Shown here one piece after another: positions 11,701 through 19,350 of a stretch of DNA of 64,000 nt. Origin of the DNA: an uncultured Gammaproteobacteria bacterium (GTDB taxonomy: Bacteria > Patescibacteriota > Microgenomatia > Levybacterales > UBA12049); assembly GCA_964610465.1 (NCBI GenBank), contig CAZSWA010000005.1:8456-72455 (forward strand), in the 5' to 3' direction. The notes under the pieces are model-generated. The model was not told the DNA's origin. It worked only from the letters and a program-made list of their open reading frames with translations, and ran no database searches. The position numbers were made by a program, and so were the translations under genes. The stretch's first letter is position 1; each line of letters begins with the position of its first letter.

Positions 11701-11790
11701 GTTTTCTTACGAGCTCGTCCTGACTTTATTCTTTCTGCACCTGATGTGGTAAAACAAAATACATTTGTTACACAAGAAGCCTTGCCATAG
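8770..11790 (+). CDS. Large secreted/surface adhesin-like protein with SdrD-B-like repeats and a von Willebrand A domain
   Basis: Signal-peptide-like N-terminus; four G-x-V/F-F/Y-x-D-x-N-x-D/N...D-x-G-E/D repeats; vWA MIDAS motifs DHSQS and LLTDG; Cys-containing beta-rich C-terminal domain. Confidence 0.8.
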   Translation: MKIRKILLFIIISSVLLFVSEIFSPSQVVAQTITPTSTSSSTYTITGNFFYDTNGDLKKDNGEVNTNYIDVAGCNNGTLSYTTPGQYRISIIGGGTCTINYGSITSPPAGYQITYPSGNPHSFTVTIGSTCNVDGTTGGTCSGGNISNLNIPLGATAAPTLTPTPTSVPATYKISGTVFVDANNDGKLDNGESPYKASTITISLSGPVNTFTTTANGAYTFSNLPIGTYTLTMTVPAGYNTTSVNPATVTVNANATQNFGVSSNVCTAGSGASEVMLMFDHSQSMADKDPATGNTKISEAIKAAQTFLNLLNQNNPGVKVGLIEFAAADNYPNLADTSVVVPLIQLSSNYSNLSNAVNQMKIASTQGTCFDCAVDLLNKELKANSTPSAKHLAILLTDGKANEDIANGTNNVDPTTAENAAMNLVNYGDNNLNIDYYTVGVGNGNNIDPAFLQQIANSTGGQYFNDPTNGDLTSIYTQIAGKLNTAAIKGMVYKDANNDGKYDTGDTPLQGWTVQNTGPSGKQTATSDNNGKFSFGNLCIGQYTTQETLQSGWIQTQPQNPNFWTTLVTSGNSFNNINFGNLQGYTVLGSVFVDVNKNTTKDSGEPNYTGLPIQINTSAPGATVSYPSPGTFKISGITTISAPISVQFTNASTILNTGYQMIYPLGTPPAFSVTVGPSCNIKSVSNGAQCDASGNISNLNFAISNSYPWMQSSDLNIRDDFGFSDNISSTSLCTDYTSKPDASSANPGYPGIIFSGQVNAFFWQGKASKKNWIVGSSLYPEVFQSSSNLKTEYDYLLSTIKNSGATITDFTAITDASGNHTCNNLSNCSLPPNLAPGVYQASGDVILTGSGSPVAYTFSANNGHYIFLVNGNITIKERIVTPNGTNAIFSSAGNIIIDKTVGASSLTCNDSPGEIQGIYSADNQFIVDGYHDCVTPQVDSILTIEGTVIANAARQNTQESFIFNNRDLCGNDPSYPVVFLRARPDFILSAPDVVKQNTFVTQEALP

Positions 11791-11820
11791 AAATTGCTAC
11801 GTAAAAAACATCTATAAGGG

Positions 11821-11849
11821 TTGAAGGTTATGCCTCTATCTGGTATACT
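11821..11849 (+). promoter_or_regulatory. Sigma70-type promoter of nusA
   Basis: TTGAAG-17 nt-TATACT with extended TG; ATG lies 9 nt downstream. Confidence 0.6.
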
Positions 11850-11858
11850 TACCTCACT

Positions 11859-12875
11859 ATGCCAGCGATACAAAGAAGCGAATTTGCATTAGCATTAAAT
11901 CAAGTTGCCTCAGAACGTGGAGTTGATGTAAATGTTGTGCTTGATACAGTAAAAAATGCTATTTTGGCAGCCTACAGAAAGGACCATCCTGGAATTGAAG
12001 TTACCGAATACACAGCAGAACTTAATCCCAATACCGGTGAAGCACGAATTCTTCATAATAGTGAAGATGTTACTCCCCCTGGATTTGGAAGAATTGCAGC
12101 TCAAACTGCAAAGCAGGTAATTCTTCAAAAGATACGAGAGAAAGAAAAGGAAGCAATTTTATCAGATTATAAAGTACGAATTGGGACAGTAGTGAATGGA
12201 ATGGTTCTCAGATTTGCAGGGCCAAATATCATTGTTGATATTGGGAAAACAGAGGCAATCATGCCTCCATCAGAACAAATTCCAAGTGAAAAGTATCATC
12301 TCAATCAACGTCTTTCATTTTATCTTCTTGATATTCGGGAAGGACTCAAAGGTGAGGAGGTTATCGTATCAAGAAGCCATAATGGTCTTATTGAAGGGCT
12401 TTTCAAAAGAGAAGTACCGGAAGTTTCTCAGGGCAGTGTAGAAATTAAAAACGTAGTTCGGGAAGCAGGAAATCGATCAAAAGTTGCAGTCTTTTCAAAA
12501 CAGCCTGGTATTGATCCTGTTGGGTCATGCGTTGGACAAAAAGGCGTACGTGTACAAGCAATCATTCAAGAATTAAATGGTGAAAAAATCGATATTATCC
12601 AATGGTCAGATGATGCCAAAACCTATATTGCTCAGGCACTTTCTCCTGCCAAAGATGTACAGGTAGAAGTAGATGAAGATGAAAAAACTGCTCATGTAAT
12701 GGTACCCAAAGAAGAATTATCTCTGGCAATAGGAAAAGATGGACAAAATGTACGCTTGGCATCAAAACTCACTGGCTTCAGGATTGAAATTGAAGGAAAA
12801 GGCGGCAGTGAAGTTAATGAACCATCGCATGAAGAAGCGAAAAGTACAGAACCTGTAGAAACACACCCGGCATAG
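11859..12875 (+). CDS. nusA: Transcription termination/antitermination factor NusA
   Basis: FGRIAAQTAKQVILQKIRE, S1 domain, REAGNRSKVAV, DPVGSCVGQKG, LAIGKDGQNVRLAS. Confidence 0.97.
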   Translation: MPAIQRSEFALALNQVASERGVDVNVVLDTVKNAILAAYRKDHPGIEVTEYTAELNPNTGEARILHNSEDVTPPGFGRIAAQTAKQVILQKIREKEKEAILSDYKVRIGTVVNGMVLRFAGPNIIVDIGKTEAIMPPSEQIPSEKYHLNQRLSFYLLDIREGLKGEEVIVSRSHNGLIEGLFKREVPEVSQGSVEIKNVVREAGNRSKVAVFSKQPGIDPVGSCVGQKGVRVQAIIQELNGEKIDIIQWSDDAKTYIAQALSPAKDVQVEVDEDEKTAHVMVPKEELSLAIGKDGQNVRLASKLTGFRIEIEGKGGSEVNEPSHEEAKSTEPVETHPA

Positions 12876-12920
12876 TATGAAGCAAGGAGTACTTTTAGAT
12901 ACAAGTGAAGAAGCAAAAGT

Positions 12921-14411
12921 ATGGATAGCAAGAAAAAGATTACTCACAATGAATCAGTTACCTCATTTCCTCCAGTAGTTGCAGTACTTGGTCATGTTGA
13001 CCATGGCAAAACCACCTTACTTGATGCAATACGCAAATCTTCAATCGCACAAAGAGAAATTGGAGGAATTACTCAAAAAATCGGCGCATCATCAATTGAA
13101 ATAATCCATGAAGGTAAAAAGAGAACAATCACATTTATTGACACTCCAGGTCATGAAGCGTTTTCAAAAATGAGAGGAAGAGGTGCCCAAGCAGCAGATG
13201 TCGCACTTCTTATTGTTTCTGTAACTGATGGAGTAATGCCGCAAACCAGAGAAAGTATTGAAATTCTTAGAGAAACAGAGACTCCTTTTATTGTAGTACT
13301 TACCAAAATCGACCTCCCAACCAAAAATCCTGATAAAGTAAAACACGATTTGCTCAAAGAACAGGTTATGCTTGAAGGTTATGGTGGAGAAGTGCCAGTC
13401 ATTGAAGTTTCTGCAAAAACCAATCAGAATGTAAAGGAGCTTTTGGATTTGATTCTTCTTATGTATGATTTTCGTAAAACGCCTGAATATGAAAAAGAAA
13501 TAACAAGCGATGCGTCTTTTCGTGCAGTCGTGATAGAGTCAAAAATGGATAAAAAAACCGGTCCTCTCGCCACAGTTGTGATAAAAAATGGAACAGTTCA
13601 TCTTCGTGATGAACTCCTGGTAGATAAGCAACTATTTAAAGTAAGAGCACTCATCACTACTCAAAACATACAAGTTCAGAAGGCAACTGTTGGTGAAGCA
13701 ATTGAAGTGTTGGGTTTTACAACGGTTCCCGCTGTTGGCAGTATTGTTTCATCCACGGCAAATGCATTACCTCTTGTACAAAACAACTTGCCGGCAACTA
13801 CAAAACAACTCAAAAGAGAACTCATCTATAAAAGAGATGAGACTAAATCCGGGATTTCCGCAATCCTTGTTGCTGATACCCAAGGATCACTCGAGGCAAT
13901 TATGAATGCACTTCCAAAAGATGTTGAGCTTCTTCTTTACAAAACAGGAGAGGTTACAGAAGCAGATATTCTGCTTGCGAAATCCACTGGCTCAATAGTG
14001 CTGAGTTTCAATACTAAAATCCGGCCGGAAGTCCAGAAGCTCGCAATTACTGAGAAAGTCCTTTTCCGCAATTATCAAATCATCTATGAGTTACTTGATG
14101 AGGTACAGGATGCCTTAGAAGGTAAGAAACTTGCTGAGATGGAGCAAGTCTTTGGCAAAGCCAAAGTTTTGGCCAAATTTCCCTTTGAGAAGACCAATGT
14201 ATTTGGCATATCAGTTTCAGACGGGCGTATCGCGCGTGGAGATAGGGTAAGGATTCTAAGAGGTGAGATTCTCATCGGAGAAAGCTCAATCTCATCCCTT
14301 AGAGTTGGGAAAAATCCTACTTCAAAAGTCGAAAAAGGACACGAAGCAGGCATACTTTTGTCTCCTTATCTTGACATACAAGTAGGGGATGTTATAATAC
14401 CCCATAGTTGA
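12921..14411 (+). CDS. infB: Translation initiation factor IF-2 (short form lacking the N-terminal region)
   Basis: PPVVAVLGHVDHGKTTLLD, GGITQKIGA, DTPGHEAF, TKID; follows nusA. Confidence 0.96.
   Translation: MDSKKKITHNESVTSFPPVVAVLGHVDHGKTTLLDAIRKSSIAQREIGGITQKIGASSIEIIHEGKKRTITFIDTPGHEAFSKMRGRGAQAADVALLIVSVTDGVMPQTRESIEILRETETPFIVVLTKIDLPTKNPDKVKHDLLKEQVMLEGYGGEVPVIEVSAKTNQNVKELLDLILLMYDFRKTPEYEKEITSDASFRAVVIESKMDKKTGPLATVVIKNGTVHLRDELLVDKQLFKVRALITTQNIQVQKATVGEAIEVLGFTTVPAVGSIVSSTANALPLVQNNLPATTKQLKRELIYKRDETKSGISAILVADTQGSLEAIMNALPKDVELLLYKTGEVTEADILLAKSTGSIVLSFNTKIRPEVQKLAITEKVLFRNYQIIYELLDEVQDALEGKKLAEMEQVFGKAKVLAKFPFEKTNVFGISVSDGRIARGDRVRILRGEILIGESSISSLRVGKNPTSKVEKGHEAGILLSPYLDIQVGDVIIPHS
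14371..14398 (+). promoter_or_regulatory. Near-consensus sigma70 promoter inside the 3' end of infB
   Basis: TTGACA (14371-76), 16 nt spacer, TATAAT (14393-98) with extended TG. Confidence 0.65.
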
Positions 14412-15388
14412 TGAATTCAGTAGCTATGGATAACAATACAGTTCAACGGATAAAAGATATCATTGCAAAGGGTGAGAATCTCTCAATTGCGGTTGGGAAA
14501 AACCCTTCACTGGACGAGATGGCGGGAGCGCTATCTCTCTTTTTGGCCTTCAGAGAAGCAAATAAAAGAGTAAGTATTGCATGTCCAACAGACCCACTTG
14601 TTGAGATTTCCTCTCTTGTCGGAATTGACAAAGTCCAAAATAAACTCTCAGGAGATGGGGGAGATCTCACTGTTTCTTTTCCTTATCAGGAGGGAGAGAT
14701 AGAGAAGGTTTCCTACACTGTTGAAAATGGCTATCTCAATATTATTGTAAAAGCTGGCGAGCATGGACTTTCATTTGACGAACGGGATATTAAATATATC
14801 CGCGGTGGAGGATTAATTGATTTGCTTTTTATCGTTGGTACCCCAAGCCTTTCTGATCTTGAAGGATTATACGATGAAGAAAAATTCCGCGATACAACTG
14901 TTATCAATATCGACAATAAACAAAATAATCAAGGGTTTGGAGACGTAGTACTCGTATCTCCCAAATTCTCATCTGTGAGTGAACAGATTACCGATTTTAT
15001 CCTTTCTTTAGGTCTTCGAATTGATAAGGATACTGCACAAAATCTCTTAAGCGGTATTATACAGGCAACTGATAATTTTCAAAGCCCAAATACAAGTATG
15101 GTTGCATTTGAGATGTCAGCATTTCTCATGAGAAAAGGCGCACAAAGGCCAGGCGCTCGTGAACATCTTGAACAAAGAGAACAAAGACAACGTCCTCAAC
15201 TTTCTCAGAGGCAAAATCAACAGAGAAGGTTTGATGATACCAGACAACAGCATCAGTCTCAACCTCAACAGCAAGCTCAATCTAATCGACCTGCACCTGA
15301 AGAACCAGAAGAAAATCAACAAGATGAGGAAAATCCGCCATCTGACTGGCTGACTCCTAAAGTCTTTAAAGGCTCATCCAATGTCTAA
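14411..15388 (+). CDS. DHH-family (NrnA-like) protein with degenerate catalytic motifs and Q-rich tail
   Basis: Syntenic position after infB. NPSLD replaces the NPDxD-type motif and INIDNK replaces IDHH; AQNLLSGIIQATDNF is retained. Start could be 14408, 14411 or 14426. Confidence 0.75.
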   Translation: MNSVAMDNNTVQRIKDIIAKGENLSIAVGKNPSLDEMAGALSLFLAFREANKRVSIACPTDPLVEISSLVGIDKVQNKLSGDGGDLTVSFPYQEGEIEKVSYTVENGYLNIIVKAGEHGLSFDERDIKYIRGGGLIDLLFIVGTPSLSDLEGLYDEEKFRDTTVINIDNKQNNQGFGDVVLVSPKFSSVSEQITDFILSLGLRIDKDTAQNLLSGIIQATDNFQSPNTSMVAFEMSAFLMRKGAQRPGAREHLEQREQRQRPQLSQRQNQQRRFDDTRQQHQSQPQQQAQSNRPAPEEPEENQQDEENPPSDWLTPKVFKGSSNV

Positions 15389-15404
15389 TCACAGTAGAGT
15401 ACTC

Positions 15405-15433
15405 TTGTGAATCTCCTTTTCGCATGATATAAT
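15405..15433 (+). promoter_or_regulatory. Promoter of rpsO (leaderless-type spacing)
   Basis: TTGTGA-17-TATAAT with extended TG; ATG lies 7 nt downstream. Confidence 0.65.
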
Positions 15434-15440
15434 ACAGTTT

Positions 15441-15710
15441 ATGCCATTATCAACTACACAAAAGCAGGAAATTATAAAAGAATATCAAACCACAGACGGC
15501 GATACAGGAAGTCCTGAAGTGCAAATTGCTCTTTTGTCAAAAAGAATTGAGCGACTTGCAGGGCACTTAAAAGAGCACGATCATGATGTACACAGCAGAC
15601 GAGGTCTTCTTTCAATGATTGCCAAAAGACGACGCTTGATAAACTTTCTTAAAAAAGTTGATGAAACTAGAGTCCGTTCCATCTTAAAAAAAATTGGACT
15701 TTCGGATTAA
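15441..15710 (+). CDS. rpsO: 30S ribosomal protein S15
   Basis: [22 protein letters not shown]; 89 aa. Confidence 0.98.
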   Translation: MPLSTTQKQEIIKEYQTTDGDTGSPEVQIALLSKRIERLAGHLKEHDHDVHSRRGLLSMIAKRRRLINFLKKVDETRVRSILKKIGLSD

Positions 15711-15714
15711 TTAA

Positions 15715-17985
15715 ATGGAAAAAACCTCAGTAACACTCGATTTTGCAGGAAAAACTTTAACACTTGAAACAGGTGATTTAGCAACTCAAGCAACATCTTC
15801 AGTACTTGCCAGACTTGGTGATACTATGGTATTGGTAACGGTAGTTGAAGGACTTGAGAGAAAAGATGTTGATTATTTCCCTCTTTCAGTTGAATACGTC
15901 GAAAGACTCTATGCAGGTGGACGCATCAAAGGAAGCAGATGGGTTAAGCGTGAAGGACGACCATCTGATGAAGCAATTCTTACTGGACGTTTAATTGACA
16001 GATCAATTCGTCCACTTTTTCCAAAAGAGTTCAAAAAGGATGTACAGGTAGTTATAACTGTACTTTCAGTTGATGGAGAAAATGAACCGGATATTTTGTC
16101 CCTTATCGCAGTATCTGCAGCGCTTAGTATTTCACGAATTCCTTGGAAAGGGCCAATTGGTGCAATACGAATAGGACTTGTCAAAGATGAAGAAGGAAAT
16201 ACAGAGTATCTTCTCAATCCAACAGTATCAGAACTCGAATTTTCAGAGCTTGATTTGGTAGTATCCCAAACAAAAAATAAAACACATATGATAGAGGCAG
16301 GGGGTTTGCAAGTTCCAGAAGAACAAGTGGAAGAAGCCATAAAAAGAGCTCACGCAGAAACTGAAAAAGTAATTGAGTTTATCGAAGACTTAACCAAAAA
16401 AATCGGACAGAAAAAAACTGCTGTTACTCCAAATGTACAACTTTCAGAAACAGTCGCACGTCTTGAAAAAACATACAAAGAAGAGATTCTTGAATTAGCG
16501 AAAGCACGCGCCAATAGAGAAACTGGACATGAGGAGACAGACGAACTTATTGATAGAATTTTTGAGCAGGAAAAACTTGCCAATCCATCACTTGAGATTG
16601 ACAAGAAAGTTATTGCCGCTGCAATTGAGTACATCATGTTTAAGCAAATCAGAAAAGATGTTGTTGAAAAAAGCAAAAGAATTGATGGAAGAAAAATTGA
16701 TGAGATTCGTCCATTGGGAGCACGAGTTTCCGTACTTCCTAGAACTCACGGTTCAGCACTTTTTCAGAGAGGATTAACACAAGCTTTAACTGTTGCAACA
16801 CTTGGTTCTCCCCGTCTTGAGCAGATTATTGAATCAGCAGAAGGAGAAGAAACCAAACGCTATATTCATCATTATTCAATGCCGCCATATTCAGTTGGAG
16901 AAACAGGAAGAATGGGGACTCCAAGTAGACGGGAAATAGGTCATGGAGCACTCGCAGAACGTGCACTGCTTCCGGTAATTCCAAGCAAAGAAAAATTTCC
17001 CTATACTATCCGGGTAGTTTCAGAAATTCTTTCATCAAACGGAAGTACGTCAATGGCATCAACATGTGGTTCAACCCTTGCATTAATGGATGCCGGAGTA
17101 CCAATTGAAAGTCCAGTTGCCGGTATCTCAATTGGCATGATGTCCAATGAAGAGAAATATGTACTTCTTACAGATATCATTGGACTTGAAGATTTTTCAG
17201 GAGATATGGACTTTAAAGTCGCAGGAACTGAAAAAGGAGTTACCGCAATTCAACTTGATGTAAAAATTCCAGGTCTTACACTTGAGCAAGTAAAAGAAAC
17301 CTTCAAACGCGCACGGGAAGCACGTATGATTATTTTGGAAAAAATGCTTTCTGTAATTCCTCAATCACGTGAAGCTGTATCTGAATATGCGCCAAAGATT
17401 GAACTTATCAAGATTCCTCTTGATAAAATCGGAGAAGTAATAGGCCCCGGAGGACGAAATGTCAGAAATATTATTGCCCAGACAGGTGCTACAGTTGATA
17501 TAGAAGATGATGGTACAGTTACTGTTACTGGTCTCTCGGAAGAAGAAGTCAAGAAAGCATCAGACTGGATTAAAGGCATGACAAGGGAGGTTACACCTGG
17601 AGAAGTATTTGAAGGAGAAGTAAAAAGAATTCTTCCTTTTGGTGCATTTGTTGAGTATTTGCCAGGAAGAGAAGGAATGGTACATGTTTCTAAAATGGGA
17701 CGCGGATTTATCAAAAGTCCTGAAGAAGTAGTATCAATCGGTCAAAGGGTCAAAGTAAGAGTGAGTGAAATTGATGATCAAGGAAGAATCAATCTCTCTA
17801 TGCTTTTTGGAGAAGACGCAGAACAAAAGCGTAGAGATGTGCATGAAGATAGAGGAGACAGAGGAGAACGCCGTCCACGACCTGGAAGTGGAACCGGCAT
17901 GCATCCTTTATCACGTCAATTCCAGAGAGAACGAAGTGGTAGCCGTACTAATAACCGTAATTCCGGCCGCAAACGCTTTAGATAG
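15715..17985 (+). CDS. pnp: Polyribonucleotide nucleotidyltransferase (PNPase)
   Basis: RLIDRSIRPLFP, RREIGHGALAERAL, SNGSTSMAS, GDMDFKVAG, KH and S1 domains. Confidence 0.98.
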   Translation: MEKTSVTLDFAGKTLTLETGDLATQATSSVLARLGDTMVLVTVVEGLERKDVDYFPLSVEYVERLYAGGRIKGSRWVKREGRPSDEAILTGRLIDRSIRPLFPKEFKKDVQVVITVLSVDGENEPDILSLIAVSAALSISRIPWKGPIGAIRIGLVKDEEGNTEYLLNPTVSELEFSELDLVVSQTKNKTHMIEAGGLQVPEEQVEEAIKRAHAETEKVIEFIEDLTKKIGQKKTAVTPNVQLSETVARLEKTYKEEILELAKARANRETGHEETDELIDRIFEQEKLANPSLEIDKKVIAAAIEYIMFKQIRKDVVEKSKRIDGRKIDEIRPLGARVSVLPRTHGSALFQRGLTQALTVATLGSPRLEQIIESAEGEETKRYIHHYSMPPYSVGETGRMGTPSRREIGHGALAERALLPVIPSKEKFPYTIRVVSEILSSNGSTSMASTCGSTLALMDAGVPIESPVAGISIGMMSNEEKYVLLTDIIGLEDFSGDMDFKVAGTEKGVTAIQLDVKIPGLTLEQVKETFKRAREARMIILEKMLSVIPQSREAVSEYAPKIELIKIPLDKIGEVIGPGGRNVRNIIAQTGATVDIEDDGTVTVTGLSEEEVKKASDWIKGMTREVTPGEVFEGEVKRILPFGAFVEYLPGREGMVHVSKMGRGFIKSPEEVVSIGQRVKVRVSEIDDQGRINLSMLFGEDAEQKRRDVHEDRGDRGERRPRPGSGTGMHPLSRQFQRERSGSRTNNRNSGRKRFR

Positions 17986-17996
17986 TTTAAAATTAA

Positions 17997-18029
17997 GAAG
18001 CATCCCACAGGCCTCTGCGAGGGATCTTC
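17997..18029. repeat. GC-rich imperfect palindrome (REP-like or terminator) after pnp
   Basis: GAAG-c-ATCCC-a-CAG-gcct-CTG-cga-GGGAT-CTTC. Confidence 0.5.
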
Positions 18030-18161
18030 GAAGAATCAAGAAATAAGGAAATAAAATCGTAAACCCCAAATACCAGGCTCTAAATAAATTCGAAATTACA
18101 AAAAACAAATATAAACTCCATCTCTCTTTTGTCTTTTTATAAAATCATGTAATATATTATT

Positions 18162-19289
18162 ATGGATATTAATGGGAAAACGCAGTCGTCTTCTGGAGAT
18201 TCTTCATCTCAAAATGCAGGTGATCACGGTGAATCATATGATCAGGTAAGACATCTTGGAGAACTTGTGGAAAATGCTGAGTTGCCAGATGATCTAAAGC
18301 AAACTTTAAATGATAGAATTTCGCGTCTTGCACTTATCCGCTCAAGCTCCGGCTTTATGAGTACTACGTACATATTGGAATATGAGAGCACATCTTCCTA
18401 TATAAACTGGATTGTTGGACTTCCCTGGGATAAAAGCAGCAAAGATATTCTTGATTTACAAAAAGCAAAGGAAATCCTTGATAAAAATCATTTTGGATTG
18501 GAAGGTATAAAAAGCAGAATTCTTGAATATCTTGCAACCATTATTCTTAATACCAAAAACAATACCAAAGAGAATTTGCAGCATGCGCCTATTCTTTGTA
18601 TCATCGGACTTGCAGGAACAGGAAAAACGACCTTGGCAAAATCAATTGCAGAAGCATTGGGGAGAAACTTTGAGAGAATTCCGTTTGGAGGTATGGCAGA
18701 CTCACGTGCTTTAAGAGGCCAATCGCGAGCCTTTGCGGATGCAGAACCTGGCTCAATTATCAAAAAATTGGTGCATGCCAAAACCAATAATCCCGTGATT
18801 CTTCTTGATGAACTGGATAGGGTTACTGAATCTGCACGTGCAGATATTATGGGAGTACTTCTTGAAGTGCTTGACCCTGGACAAAATACAGCATTTACTG
18901 ATCATTATATTGATTATCCATTTAATCTTTCTCAAGTTTTATTTGTCGCAACAGGGAATAATACTACTAATATTTCAACTGCTGTTCTTGATAGACTTGA
19001 TATTTTACAAATGCCTTCCTACACTGATGAAGAAAAACTGGTGATTGGGGAGAAATATCTTTTTGAGAGGATTCGTAGAGAAGTTGGGCTTACTCCACAA
19101 CAACTGCAAGTTGATGAAAATGTCTGGCCCAATGTCATCAGACCTCTTGGATTTGATTCAGGAATCAGAAGCTTAGAACGTACTATAAATGGAGTATGTA
19201 GAAAAGCAGCACGGCTTATTGTTGAAGGAAGTGCACAAAATATACGGATAACTCCTGAGAATGTGAAAGAATTTCTCCCGAGTTGGTAA
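18162..19289 (+). CDS. Lon-like AAA+ ATPase lacking the protease domain and most of the N-domain
   Basis: LPW..., ILDKNHFGLEGIKSRILEYLA, GLAGTGKT, NPVILLDELD, FTDHY; ends at ITPENVKEFLPSW, just before the Ser-Lys protease domain would start. Confidence 0.88.
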   Translation: MDINGKTQSSSGDSSSQNAGDHGESYDQVRHLGELVENAELPDDLKQTLNDRISRLALIRSSSGFMSTTYILEYESTSSYINWIVGLPWDKSSKDILDLQKAKEILDKNHFGLEGIKSRILEYLATIILNTKNNTKENLQHAPILCIIGLAGTGKTTLAKSIAEALGRNFERIPFGGMADSRALRGQSRAFADAEPGSIIKKLVHAKTNNPVILLDELDRVTESARADIMGVLLEVLDPGQNTAFTDHYIDYPFNLSQVLFVATGNNTTNISTAVLDRLDILQMPSYTDEEKLVIGEKYLFERIRREVGLTPQQLQVDENVWPNVIRPLGFDSGIRSLERTINGVCRKAARLIVEGSAQNIRITPENVKEFLPSW

Positions 19290-19350
19290 CTGGCGCCTTT
19301 TTTCTACTTGTGAAAGTTCAACGATATCAGTATACTGTACAACATAAAAT

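Noticed and set aside
17765-18108. Short ORFs on both strands over the pnp 3' end
   Set aside because: They overlap pnp and the palindromic/periodic elements and have no protein-like features.
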